Position numbers and translations under genes: made by a program
NCBI RefSeq assembly: GCF_009914755.1
Contig: NC_060934.1
Reading direction: 5' to 3' (one strand)
DNA from: the human T2T-CHM13v2.0 reference genome, Homo sapiens
Length of the DNA stretch: 64,000 bases
In this document: positions 1-20,590 of the stretch, piece by piece
How the letters are laid out: each line of letters begins with the position of its first letter
Numbering within the stretch: position 1 is the first letter of the stretch
Notes under the pieces: generated by a model
Database searches by the model: none
What the model was told of the DNA's origin: nothing
What the model saw: only the letters and a program-made list of their open reading frames with translations

Positions 1-149
1 TGAACTCCTGTTACAGAGACAATTGTTGTGGATACATTCCCTTTGACCTACGAAAATTAGATTTGAACAAAGGTTCAGATTGGATTTAGATTAAGTCCTG
101 CTCAGTGAAAATTATGAAAACACTCTGACACTACAGTAACTGATATGAA

Positions 150-683
<534 letters not shown>

Positions 684-707
684 GACCTTTCTAATCTAAA
701 AAAAAAA

Positions 708-818
708 AAAGAGATGAAGTCTCACTGTGTTCCCTAGGCTGGTCTCCTGGGCTCAAGCGATCCTCCCACCTTGGCCTCCCGAAGTGTTGGGATTACAGGC
801 CCGAGCCAGCGGGCCCAG
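708..818 (-). mobile_element. Alu left monomer fragment
   Basis: GGCTCAAGCGATCCTCCC...GGGATTACAGGC. Confidence 0.8.
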
Positions 819-1002
819 CATGCGGACCATTTCCAGTCAAATACTGGGATAAACTGCAATAAATGACCCTAAGAAGCAGGTGAATTGTCTCAGGAGCTCA
901 AGCTTCTTTTGGAGAAGGACTCAACCAGCTGTGACTGGCTGTGAATATGGAGGAAAAGGGCCACTAGTCAAGGTATGTAGATAGCTTTTAGAAGTCAGAA
1001 GA

Positions 1003-1128
1003 AGCACGCCTGCAGTCCCAGCTACTCAGGAGGCTGAGGCCGGAGGATCGCTTGAGCCTGGGGAGATAGAGGTTGCAGAGAGCCGAGACCACGCCACTGC
1101 AGCCCAGCCTGGACAGAGGTGAGACGCT
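1003..1128 (+). mobile_element. Alu monomer fragment abutting the promoter
   Basis: CCCAGCTACTCAGGAGGCTGAGG...CCAGCCTGG; no tail. Confidence 0.85.
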
Positions 1129-1224
1129 CGCGGACCTTAGCTTGGGGTTGGCGGCGTTAGGAAGAAACCGACCTCGAGACCCTGAAGACCTGACAACAGC
1201 CGTTACTCTGGCTGACAAGTCATT

Positions 1225-2345
1225 GGATTTCTGGCGCACGCGCGGCGCGGCACGGGCAGCTTCCGGTTTCCAGCCTTGCCCCCGCCCCTACCTTCCGCCC
1301 CACCTCCAGGCTAGTTCCTCCTCTTGGCCCCGCCCCCTGACCTTCCTTCTCCCTATCCCTAGGCCCCGCCCCCTGACCCGCACCTTCCCGCCGCCCCTCC
1401 CCGGTTCCATTTCATTGTTGGATTGTGGCGCTTCACTCCTGCTGGCGGCCGGCAGGGGGCGGAGTTCGAGCCTGGATTTTTTTCCTCGGGGCCTCCCCCG
1501 GGAGGCCGTCCCGGCGTGGGGGAGGGGAGGACGGGGCGGGAGGACGCGGTTCGGTCGGCTGCAGCGCTACTTTTGGTCCGGGGTCGGCAGGGAGGCCGCG
1601 GCTACCGCATCACAGCTGACGTGAGGACTACGTGGGGCCGCTGCCGGCTCCGGGTTGCTGGGCGGCGGCGCCGCTGCTGAGCGGCGGTCGGGCTCGCCGT
1701 CTCCACCTCCTCGCGTCCGTAATCAGTGACGAGGTCCGCTACGTAAATCCCTTTGCGGCGGGTAAGTGGTGCGTCGGCTCCGGCCCCGAGACCCAGCAGC
1801 GGGCGACGCGGCGCAGGAGGTGGAGGTGGAGGCAGGAGGCGGAGCGGAGCCGGGTGCGGTGGAGCAGCAGAGGCCGAGCGGAGCCGTGGGCGGCGGGCCG
1901 GGACCCCGGGGCCGGGCCAAGGACTGGCGGGGCAGCCGCGAGTTCACCTGACGCGGCCCCTCGCTCGGCGCCCCCGAGGCCGCCGGCTCGCCGCCCCACG
2001 CCCGCTTCGTGCGCTCAGCTGCCCCGGGACCCGCCTGCCTCCTCGCGAACTTGGGACGAGTTGGAAAATCCTCCCTGAGAGAGCCGTGCGGCTCAGGGGA
2101 GCGGTTTAACTCGGAAAAGGAAAAGGAATCCAGAAGTAAGGACCTCGGATTTGAGTGCCCCCAGCGCCTCTGCCCCACTTTACGAGCGCAGTTTAGACGA
2201 AAGCGGACGCAGCCCGTTTTCCCCCAAAACCTGGGCCGGAGGGCCTCGCAGCTGAGTCATTCGGTCCCGGGCGCGGGCAGTCTCCGGAGTGGGAAGGGCA
2301 GAGCCGCGACCGCTCTCGGAAGGCGCATTTTCCCTTCTGCCTGAG
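1225..2345 (+). promoter_or_regulatory. CREM: CpG-island promoter (P1) of CREM
   Basis: Very GC/CpG-rich, TATA-less. GC boxes at 1280-1288, 1328-1337 and 1364-1373; reverse CCAAT 1222-1226; NRF1-like GCGCACGCGC 1234-1243; ETS CTTCCGG 1260-1266; CRE variant TGACGTGA 1617-1624; CRE half-sites 1727 and 1949; AP-1 TGAGTCA 2253-2259. Confidence 0.9.
1410..1761 (+). other. CREM: CREM non-coding first exon (5' end approximate)
   Basis: Consensus donor CGG|GTAAGT at 1761/1762 inside the CpG island; no ATG in 1410-1761. The TSS cannot be fixed from sequence alone. Confidence 0.7.
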
Positions 2346-2416
2346 TCTTGCCTTTTTAGGGCCATCTGGTAAGGTTTCCAGAGCCTGTTGAATCTGGGGA
2401 ATAAACACATTATTAA

Positions 2417-2705
<289 letters not shown>

Positions 2706-3072
2706 TCAGCATGTTTCTTGATCCTGTTGCGTTTTATTTGTATATCAGATACCTGAGTTTGAAATCACTTAGGGGTTTCCTGCATGCTGCTCAGTGAAGC
2801 AGCGGTGAGTTTGTAATCACATTTTAAGAAATTGGGACTTACAGGGCCAGTCTCAAAGTGTCACTGAAATTGAAAGAGCTCCTTTAACACTGTGGCTTAC
2901 GTACGTGACTCAGTTTCCTTTCTACTTAATTTGCCGGGCAGATGAGGGTGTACCTTTCCCTTGAAACAAAGATCTAGATTGAACAGTGAGAGGTCCGCTG
3001 TGAACATTGCATCAGATTACATGAATAAACCACGCTGTTTTTTATTTGTTGTTTTTTTGTTTTTTGCTTTGA

Positions 3073-3392
<320 letters not shown>

Positions 3393-4469
3393 TTTTTTTC
3401 CTAGTCTTGATTCTTTTTTTGGATAAACTTTCCCTTCCTAAGTCATAGTAGTCTTAAAGTCTTTCAATCTAAAGTAATTTTTTTCCCAAAGGAAGGCAAA
3501 TTGCACACAATATGTTTTGGCCAATAAATGCTAAGTATTAAAACTGATGTTTAAAGAACTATGTATTGATCCCAACACAGCTTTAACAAATATATTAAAA
3601 TGGTTTTGATCCTGAATGAGTAAACACTTAAAGCATTGTCAGTATTCACACAACTTTGGCGAATCTGTAAATAGATGAATATAACACTTACTTTCCCAGT
3701 GAATTGGTGATGGATATGGAATCATTTTGGTGATTGCGAAGTTGTAATTACGGTGATGTTTTGTGTACATATTTTGGTGACAGTATATGAATAAATTTTT
3801 ATTGAATGCGTAAACATAGGACATTTTTATTTTTAGTCTTTTTGTTTTTGCATTGTCCCTGAAAGTTAATGAAATTTACTTCTTCTTCCTGAATTTTAAA
3901 CTCTGGAATCCATAGTTAATAGGCTGTATTCCAGTTTCCTACTCAGGTGAGTCACTGCCTAATCAAAATACAAAATCTTGCTTAGGGTTATGACCATTTC
4001 ATGAAAAGTAGGGAAGAGTTTTGAATTATTAACATATATAAGGAATCCTGACTGAATCTTTACCAACATAGACATATATTTCTGATCCTTTTTCTCCCAA
4101 GTTGTATTCCCTGCAAATTAAGTATTGGGCCAGAAGATTGAGCTAGGTTTATTGTTTAAGTGGATGTTCTTACTGAAAAGCTCTCAAATGTCCTGTTCCT
4201 TTTAGATAGACTTCTTAAAATAAAACTGAACAGTGCAAACACTTAATAGCTGAACGATTGAGAGACGTTATTTTTTAGAGCAGTTTTACAACCATTGATA
4301 TTTTTATATTTCCTTACCAACATTGATTGATAAGGAAATAAGCCTGAAATACCGAATTTTATTGTTTCTACTTAAGTAAATGGATGGATTCCATATGTAA
4401 AAGTCAGCTTTGAAAATAGTTATTATTGTACATTGAATACAGTTTTGATATTATCAACACAGGAACTTA

Positions 4470-4808
<339 letters not shown>

Positions 4809-5065
4809 TCATTACACAATAGGTAGAAATGAACATTTTAAATAATTATGTTAATAATCTCCTTTTAGACAATACATTTTAAATGTCTTTTGCAATGGGA
4901 ACTCCACAATAAAGACTGTGCTGTTCTTAAGAATAAATGCTTTTACTCATAGGTTTTCATTTTCTGATACTGTATATCCAGTAGAGAATAAGCAAGAACA
5001 AAGAAGAAAACCTAAGGATATCATTAGTGGAAATTTTTCTTGATACTACTTATGGAAATGCCTTA

Positions 5066-5448
5066 AGTCTTACTGCACTGAATAATGATGTTTTGTTCAA
5101 TGATGGACCACATATATCCCATAAGATTATAATGGAGCTGAAGAATTCCTGTTACCTAGTTATGTCCTAGCTGTCCTAATGTCAGAGGGCAGAGTATTAC
5201 CTTTTCTATGTTTAGGTATGTTTAGACACACAAATACATTCCACTGTGTTCTAATCGTCTGCAGTATATAGTACAGTAACATGCTGTACAGGTTTTGTAG
5301 CCTAGGAGCAACAGGCTATCCCATTTGGCATAGGTGTGTAGTCGGTTGTGCCATCTAGGTTTGTTTAAGAGCAGTTTACAATGTTCGCAGAATGAAGTTG
5401 CCTAATATTTCTAAGAATGTATCCCCATTATTAAGTGAAGCATAACTA
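5066..5448 (+). mobile_element. Tigger3a/MER7-like DNA transposon
   Basis: CCCATAAGATTATAATGGAGCTGAA and GTAGCCTAGGAGCAACAGGCTA motifs. Confidence 0.75.
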
Positions 5449-6501
5449 ATTCAGTTATAGCAAGGTTTACAAAGTAAAATGATATCTATTTGCACATTTC
5501 ATGACAGGCCTTCCTAGGAGTGATAGAGGAAATTACTGGCAACGTGTGTGTGAAGTAGTTTTTATAAGTAGAGGAAATGCATAGGCTATAAAACTATATG
5601 GTAGTTTTGCTTAAAGACTGCTTAAATAACCATCTCGTTGGTCAGGAAGGATGCTTACCTCTAAGAAAACCTTACTAGCAACTCATCCTCTTGTCAGACT
5701 TTTTTGAAGCCTCTCAGATCTCCACAAATGAGAAACATCTTTGTGCATGTTTTCTAAACAGTAGTATAACCAGGCCATTTAAATATCAAGATACTAATAA
5801 AATCCTGTGAACGTTTAAGAGTGGAGCTAATGTGATGCTAATATTTTCCCTGAGAATTTCACAAAATAAACTCAGTGTCTTTAAAGTTATCTTAGTAAAG
5901 GTTTTTTTTTGTGTGTTTTTTTAAACATAGCAGACTTAAATCATCCAACTTAGAATAGCAAAATAGCAGATAGTTTTGTTTATATTCTTAATCTCAATTT
6001 TTTTATTGATAGCACAAAAAATGATTTTTTTTTGGCTTAGAAATGTTTTTAACTGGAATTTATATCTTAGCACTGATTATGGTGAAAGTATCCACTTTGG
6101 AATTATGACAACTGTATCACACATAAAGACCCACATTACTGAATATGGGTGCTTGGAATGTTTTTACTCTTAAAATTTCTGGAGGAGTAAAATTAGGCAT
6201 GTTTCTGCACTTAGAAAGATACAGGTTTTGTTCAGATGTGTAAGATAGGACCAATCTAGGTAAGTAAAATAATGGTAAAATTCTTTTTTCTGATCTTAAG
6301 CTAATTCAGGTAGTTTATCTCCTTTGTCAGATTTACTATCTAGTAGTTAATACATTTATACTTAATACGTAGATATGTGTTTTCAGATGTACTTAATGTG
6401 CAGTAAAGAAGCATGCTATTGAAAACAAAACAAAACAACCTTACAGTGATTCTAGTCAAGCAAGTAACTCCTTCAAAAGTTTAAAAATTTGGTTTCACAT
6501 T

Positions 6502-6793
<292 letters not shown>

Positions 6794-7841
6794 AATTGGT
6801 TTCACATGAAGTGGTGGTGGCGGGGGAGGGAGGTGTTTGAAAGGATGGAGACAGGCCATGATTATTTGAATTTCACTTTTCATTTCCTCCTCAGCAGCCC
6901 ATTCTGTAGTTCATTTACTGTGAAATGGCCAAAAGCAGGCAGCATGTGGGAAATGAATTGAAAAAGAGACACTTACTGAATAGCTAGTCCTTTAGTGATT
7001 TTAGTAAAGAGTTAAGATTACTTAAATAATAACAGGTGTCTCAGGCAATTAAATTGGAGTAGCCGTGAATCTATATTAGAGAGCCTCGTGAATTTATGTA
7101 TAATTCATGTTTGAAATATTAAAGACATTTACAAGTGTTTGGAATATTTATTTACGAGTATCCCTCTTGGCTATTCTGTTTTTACATGAAAGCGTAAAGA
7201 TTATTTTTTGAAAGTTACTGTTACTTTGCTTCATAAAGAGTATAAGACCAATGGTGTAATTTCATGGTACTGCTTTCTCCCATTGTTTTTCCTGTACTCA
7301 TCTTCCCCTAAAATGCATAACCATAGTCTCATCCCCGTCAATTGCAGCTATATGGCTGTTTGGAATTATTTCTCTTATAACTAGTCCCACCTTCTCTTAA
7401 TTTTTTAATCGACTTGGTTGAGAAGGACCAACTTTACAATATGAGCTTCATATTCTCCTTTATCTTTCAAACTTTATTGCTCTTGCTACTTAAATTACAG
7501 TTAACCTATGGATATCTACTTTTGCAAAGAACTAAAACCTTGCTTCATCACAGAACCAAATAAACAGATTGTATTTCTCTGTTCTCTTTCTCTTCCTGCT
7601 TCTGTAAAAGGTATGATACCTTTTGTTCCACATTCTTTTCTTTTTCTTTTGAGTATGCTAGTTGCAGTGCTTTCAGGTTTTCTTATTCTTTTTCTTTTTT
7701 AGCCTTTCTTTTAGAAACCATCTCAATAATGCATAATTTACAGTTTACATTTTTGGGTTTTTGAAAGTGGAGTAAGAACTTAGATTGTTTGGCAAGTGTC
7801 TTATAAAGAATTCTTAATTTAATATTTCCCGTAAGTCATAG

Positions 7842-8291
<450 letters not shown>

Positions 8292-8601
8292 TAATGTACA
8301 GTTTAACAAAATTACAAAATTGCAACAAGTGTGGCTGGCACAATCAGGTTTGGTGACAAACACAACTAACTCTTGGTAAGCACCCCTCCCTGTTGGAGTG
8401 AACATAAGTGCCTGGGCACACTAGAGAACTGTGGTGGGCATTAGCTATACTGTAGGCTTCACAGGAGTGGAGAACACTGTTAATATGGAGAGCTGGAAAT
8501 TGGTTAAGTAAACTTTGGTATTCTAGTAAACTTGCCCAAGAAGTTTAATTCTTATATATACCTAGTTTTTCCAGAAAAGTTACATTAAGGTATTAATTTA
8601 A

Positions 8602-9095
<494 letters not shown>

Positions 9096-9269
9096 TAAGT
9101 GTTAATTTAATACTATCTTTTCTCTATCAGCATATTGTATTTGTTTGCTTATATTATATGAGCATTTTCCAACATTTGCTTTATTACCCTCTCTGTAATA
9201 TATAATCCCATATTCAGATTTCACCATTTGTTCCCAAAATGTCCTTTATAGCATAATCAACATATTTTA

Positions 9270-9753
<484 letters not shown>

Positions 9754-10012
9754 TCAAAATATGGCAGAGAAATCCATAACCAGGCAAAATAATTTTGGGT
9801 CTCATTTCTTCTTATAAGTTATTACTTGCCTATAACAAACTAATCTAAAATATGCCTTTCTGCTCTAAAAGCTAAAGCTTAAGAGTCCCTTGGCAGATGG
9901 GACTTTTAAATTATTCCTGTAGAAAATTGGTAGTATATAAGTGTTTTAATTTATTATGTGTTTTAATTTATTCCTGTAGAAAATTATTCCTGTAGAAAAT
10001 CGGTAGTATATA

Positions 10013-10069
10013 AGTGTTACAGCTCTTAGAATTTGTCTAGCAGGCTCTCCGGTTTTTGCCAGAATGCCC
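10013..10069 (+). pseudogene. U7 snRNA retro-pseudogene
   Basis: AGTGTTACAGCTCTTAGAATTTGTCTAG matches the U7 5' end and the U7-specific Sm site AATTTGTCTAG (10030-10040); degenerate 3' stem; A-rich tail 10081-10090; TSD AT(C/T)GGTAGTATA at 9999-10010 and 10099-10110. Confidence 0.92.
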
Positions 10070-10176
10070 ACCACCCCCCGAAAAAAGAAAGTTGGTAGAT
10101 TGGTAGTATACAGGATATATCAGTATCCTTTGGGTGTTTAGGTATAAGGAGATCTGCTTAGAAATTATAACTGGAG

Positions 10177-10311
10177 AGCTGAGTACAGTGGCTCATGCCT
10201 GTAATCCCAACACTTTGGGAGGCTATGGTGGGAGGATTGCTTGAAGCTAGGAATTTGAGACCTGGGCAACATAGTGATACCTATTTCTGGAAAAAAAAAA
10301 AAAAAAAAAAA
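10177..10311 (+). mobile_element. Alu monomer (FLAM-like)
   Basis: Left monomer plus A tail. Confidence 0.8.
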
Positions 10312-11357
10312 GAGAGACATTAAAAAAAAATGAGACAAAGAAGATAGAACAAAAGGCTAGATAATTTGGAAGAAAAGCATGAAAGTAATGTCATAAAGAA
10401 TTCAAAGAGGACAAAGTTTCAAATAGAGGGGGAAATGCTGTAGGGGTATTGAGGAAGATGGGGACTAGAAAGCATCCTTTTAGATTTGGCAAGCAGGCAA
10501 GCGTTCATTGGTGACCTTGTGGAGAATAGTTGGAATGAAGTAAGTCTCTGATCATCCTGAGTCAGGGTCAAGTTTATCTTGTCATTATTCGGGTATGAGG
10601 CTAGTTTTTCTCTTTGGTATCTTGTGGCTCCCATGGCCGGAAGTTGGTGCTTTCTTCAGTGCTAGTTACCTCTAGGAAGAGGAAGCGGGCGGCTGTTCCT
10701 GGACTTCTCTGAATACCTTTTTCTAGTTTTAAAGTTTTGAACCACAAGAATGTATTACTTATTCAGCAAATAAAACATTTCCAAGTGAAATACAGAAATT
10801 GGCCTTTTTTCTATGATATAGTGCTGTGATTATCATTATTGTTCAAGTGCTATTATTATTTTGTTGACATATCTGCCCCCGCCTTTAGATTGCAGGCTCC
10901 TGGAGAGCTGTCTCCTGCAGTGCCCCAGTGTCTAGTATGAGGGGGTGGCATCTAATGGGTTATACAGTTGTTAAGGAGCATAAGATGTCCCTACGTAAAA
11001 TGCTAGTGTAGCATACAATGAGGTTTGATGTCAGAATGGCATCAGTTCTGCTTTTTGTTCCTCTTGTGAGGAGCCTGTTCAAATGCCCTACTGTCTCTTG
11101 TCCCTATGCTGGGGGCACATGGTAGCAGTAGTAACCATCGCCTTAGTGCCCTTAGTGAGGTTTGATAAACCTGCCTGCTGCCTACAGTTCCAAATTTGAC
11201 CAGGATTATATGACATCATTTAGAAGAACCCTTAGGAGGGAACTCTGAAAGCAATGTGTCTGTCTAAGCACTGCTGTTGCTGGCAGAGGTATCTAGAGGT
11301 TACTTAGGGATGAGCACGATTGTTTTCTCCAGCTCTAAAAGAAATTAAGGACTCTCA

Positions 11358-11679
11358 GTTTTTTTTTTTTTTTTTTGGGACTCTGTCTCAAAAGAGTTTA
11401 GGTCTGTGAATGGTCTTGCTCTGTCACCTAGGCTGGAGTACAGAGGTGCAAACATGGCCCATTGCAGCCTCAACTTTCCGCGCTCAAGTGATTCTCCCAC
11501 CTCAGCCTCCTGAGTAGCTGGGAGTCCAGGCCTGTGCCACCATACCTGGTCAGTTTTCTTGTAGAGACAAGGTCTCACTGTGTTGCCAAGGCTTGTCTCA
11601 AACTCCTGGATTCAAGCAAACCTGCTACCTCAGCCTCCCGCAGTGCTGGGATTACAGGTGTGAGCCACCATGTCTGGCT
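11358..11679 (-). mobile_element. Alu (J-type)
   Basis: Diverged dimer. Confidence 0.85.
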
Positions 11680-12401
11680 CAAATGTTCTTTTGTCTTTTT
11701 CTTTGCCAGTTTTACTTCTTTCCACATGTCAAATATATATTTTTAAAGATATTAGTAAAAAATAAAGAGAGTTTAATTGCTACAGTGTCTAAACTAGGTT
11801 TTTTAATGGATTGAAGGCTATCAGAAGGACGTTTTGAATAAACTTATTTTGTTTGGAGTTTAATTTTTTAACAAAAACCCAAGTTGGAATTTAAGGTAAA
11901 TGAAAACTTTTTTGCATTGGAGTGAAATATAAGGAAATAATAAATTCATTAATTTTATTAAGTGATCATTAACTTCTTAAAAATAGAGCTGATACCTATG
12001 AGCTATACTTAGTATTAGATGATTTAGATAGCACTGCTTTCTCTTCAGTAGAAAATAATCAGAAAAATAGTTTATCATTTAAGTTTTGTCAATTTTTTTC
12101 CCTAGGAAGATAAGAAAAATACAGTAGAAGTAAGATTGACAAAAAACCGTACAGGGCTGTTTTTAGCTTTCTAGTCTTTTGGTTTTTTTTGGTGGGGGGG
12201 AGTTATTTTTTATTTTTAGTTTTATAGAAATTAGAATATTCTTCCTGGCCTTGTTTTGAGAGGTTTTAATTTAAATAAAATTTAATTTGAGAGTTTTTGA
12301 AGTGAAATGTTACGATCTCCCAATTCAACATTATAATTTTACTGCAGGATAAATAAAGAAAACAGGAAAGGAGGAAAGCATTGATTACAAATATCTTAAC
12401 A

Positions 12402-12445
12402 ATGAGCAAATGTGCAAGGAAAAAATATATTAAGACAAATCCAAG
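12402..12445 (+). CDS. CREM: CREM cassette exon (12348-12445), coding MSKCARKKYIKTNP(R)
   Basis: Acceptor ttttactgcag|G at 12347/12348, ATG at 12402, donor AAG|GTAGGT at 12445. Phase 2 joins exon B in frame (R-Q-M-T-M) and matches the CREM N-terminus as I recall it. Confidence 0.9.
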
Positions 12446-13090
12446 GTAGGTAGATGTACGTTTTTCTGTTCTTTTGAAAATTCTACTTAGCTTAAAGTTC
12501 ATGATGAATAAATTGATATATAGATGTACACATACATGTATGTATGTATATATATTCTATTATAATATATACTCAAATTATTCAGCCATTCACTTAAGGC
12601 ACCATCTACTGTGTACCATGCTGGGCACTGTAGGAGATGTGTCGGTATGTCAGTTGACTTATGCTAAGTACTAGTCTTTTCGTTTAGAAAGTAGACCAAT
12701 ATGAGGATGTCGATAGTTAAGTGGAATTGTAGAATTCGAAGAATCCCCAGGGTTTTATTCTTCCTCCCGGCCTTTCGGCCATACTTGTACTTAACCTTAT
12801 AAAACAGAAGAAAGTCTCTACCAACGTTTTAAAAATATCCAAATAGAATTTTTCAAGTTTTCTTTTGATTACTTTCAGAGACATTCTGTTTCGTTAGTTG
12901 GATGTAGTCCTAAAGAGAAAATTGATTTTCCACTTTTTGTAAAGTTATTTAAAATAATAGAAACAACTTTAATAACTTCCTTTTCCAATTGGATTCTATT
13001 TTTAGAAGAGATGAAAAATTTTTTCAAGGGTAGTGCACTTCCTCTGCAATGTAATTTGTCTTTGAAAATTGGATACAACTAAAATTTTAG

Positions 13091-13471
<381 letters not shown>

Positions 13472-13693
13472 TTGTTTTAATGGAGGGTCCTATTTTTTAA
13501 AAAAACAATAGATATATTAATATTTTATTAATTTGGATCCCAGTATATTCAAAACAGGTTGGGATAATATTTGCTTTTCTATCAAAGTTTGCTAAATAAT
13601 ATAAAGGAGATTTCAGAGAAATATTTAACTTCAAAAGAAAATAATCCTGCTATTATTAGTTGTTTGTAAATTTAAATATCTCCATTTTAGCAA

Positions 13694-14057
<364 letters not shown>

Positions 14058-15069
14058 TAATTTATAGTGCTTAGTGGACTTGTTTGTTTTCGTTTTTATT
14101 GTTTTATCCTTACATGTTTTTATTTTTAATTATTTTGTAATTCATAATTGCCCATTGGTTCTTTTCTCTCTAAAAAGGATTATTGTTTAAGATTAAAATA
14201 CTACATAGTTAATTAAAGACTATTAGTTTTAGTACAACTATGTTTATTTAATATTATCACAACTATGTTTAATACAGAAGGTGAGATTTGGGAAAATATG
14301 TTCTATGAGACATCTCTTCAATTTTAATGTATTTAGCTATAAATTATATAGTGAATAATGTAAGATTATAATGGACTCTATAAATTCTATCTGGAGCAGC
14401 TGTGGCTGATTTATAGATGTTAATGTTGTATGTACATCATTTACAGCTGAGTTTGGGGTCCTGCATTTCTGCTGAGATAGTGCCTGAAAAATGCCTGGTA
14501 CAGTGCTTGACCCATGTTGAGCACTGAAATGTTAGTTGAATCTTCTGCACTGAGTCCTGTATAGGAGTTGGGTTTTAGTGGGTTTAGGAGGTTGTACTGG
14601 AGGGCATAAATCTGCAGATTTGGATATAAATCTGCAGAATAAACTGGCTTGAAATAGCATATCTATTTTAAATTGCTAGTGTTGACCTTTTTTGTAGATG
14701 ATTTTTACCTTCAAAAAAATAATTTTAGTATCAAACTTGTACTAAACGGCATGAACTGAACACCGTGCTAGGTACTCTGGCAGAATACAAATGGAATAAA
14801 ATTACAGTCCATACATTTGGTATGAAAGAGAAAGCATATCTGAGTGAGATTGCGACAACAATTGCAGCATACTCCAAAACACATCATCATCGTAAAATGT
14901 TGTCCAAACTGTAATTCGCAGGGCACTGGCTGTGGAAGGAACCCTGGAGTCACAGTCACAACACCTCTTTTTCATCCCTCATCATGCTACCTATTATGTT
15001 CCCTGTAAAAGTCCCTTAATCTCTCTGAACGTTATTTTTATTATTATAATAACACCTGACAGTTGCACA

Positions 15070-19170
<4,101 letters not shown>

Positions 19171-19445
19171 ATGGACCAGTTAAGATGATTGCATGAGATG
19201 GTACGTTATCAAGACATTTTCATGTATAAAACATTTTGAAATCTGTCTTTTATCATATCTCAAAAATTGAGGCCTGAATAGTTTATCTTTTTAATCATTA
19301 AAACTTTTTTTTTTTTTGATGGGAGACTTCTTGGATTCTACAGTGTGTACCCCTCTGTCCTTAAAGTATACTGAACATAATTAGCCTTTTTTTCATGACT
19401 CAGGATAGTTATTATAAATATCAGTTATTGAGTTGTAACTTCCAG

Positions 19446-19761
<316 letters not shown>

Positions 19762-20063
19762 TTAATTCCATGCAGCCTTTCCAGCCCTATTTGTACCAGT
19801 CCTACTCTGTCTCTTCCCCACTAAATCTAATTATCCCCCTTTCCCTCACCCAGATTTTCTACTCCAATCACCTATTCTGTTTCCCAGATATCCTCTGTAC
19901 TTTCCTCCCTCTCATAGTCGACCTGTCCTTTCTACCTGGTGAAATCCTACTCACCCTTCAATATACGACTCATATGACCACATTCTCTGGCAGACTTGGT
20001 CATTCTCTTATGTTTTCCAGAGCATTTCATGGATCACATATATCACATGATTCAAGAAATTAC

Positions 20064-20370
<307 letters not shown>

Positions 20371-20414
20371 TTACTTTACTTGTGATTTACTTTAATTACT
20401 GACCTGCCAATAAA

Positions 20415-20590
20415 CTGTGTTTCTCAAATTTTAGTACATATTGGAATTGTTTGCATATAAGAAGTTAAATTCTCAAGAAAGTTTGATTCACTAGGTTTGG
20501 GGTTGAGCCTAAGCTTCTGCATTTTTTACAACAAATACTTCTCGTTAATTCTGATGCGAGTTGTCCAAGGACCATAATTTGAGAAACCAA
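20415..20590. mobile_element. MER5-like hAT MITE
   Basis: GTTTCTCAAA...TTTGAGAAAC terminal inverted repeats. Confidence 0.65.

Noticed and set aside
9908-10018. Repeat-spacer appearance suggesting a CRISPR-like array
   Set aside because: Only 2-3 irregular copies with self-derived spacers in eukaryotic DNA; explained by local duplication.
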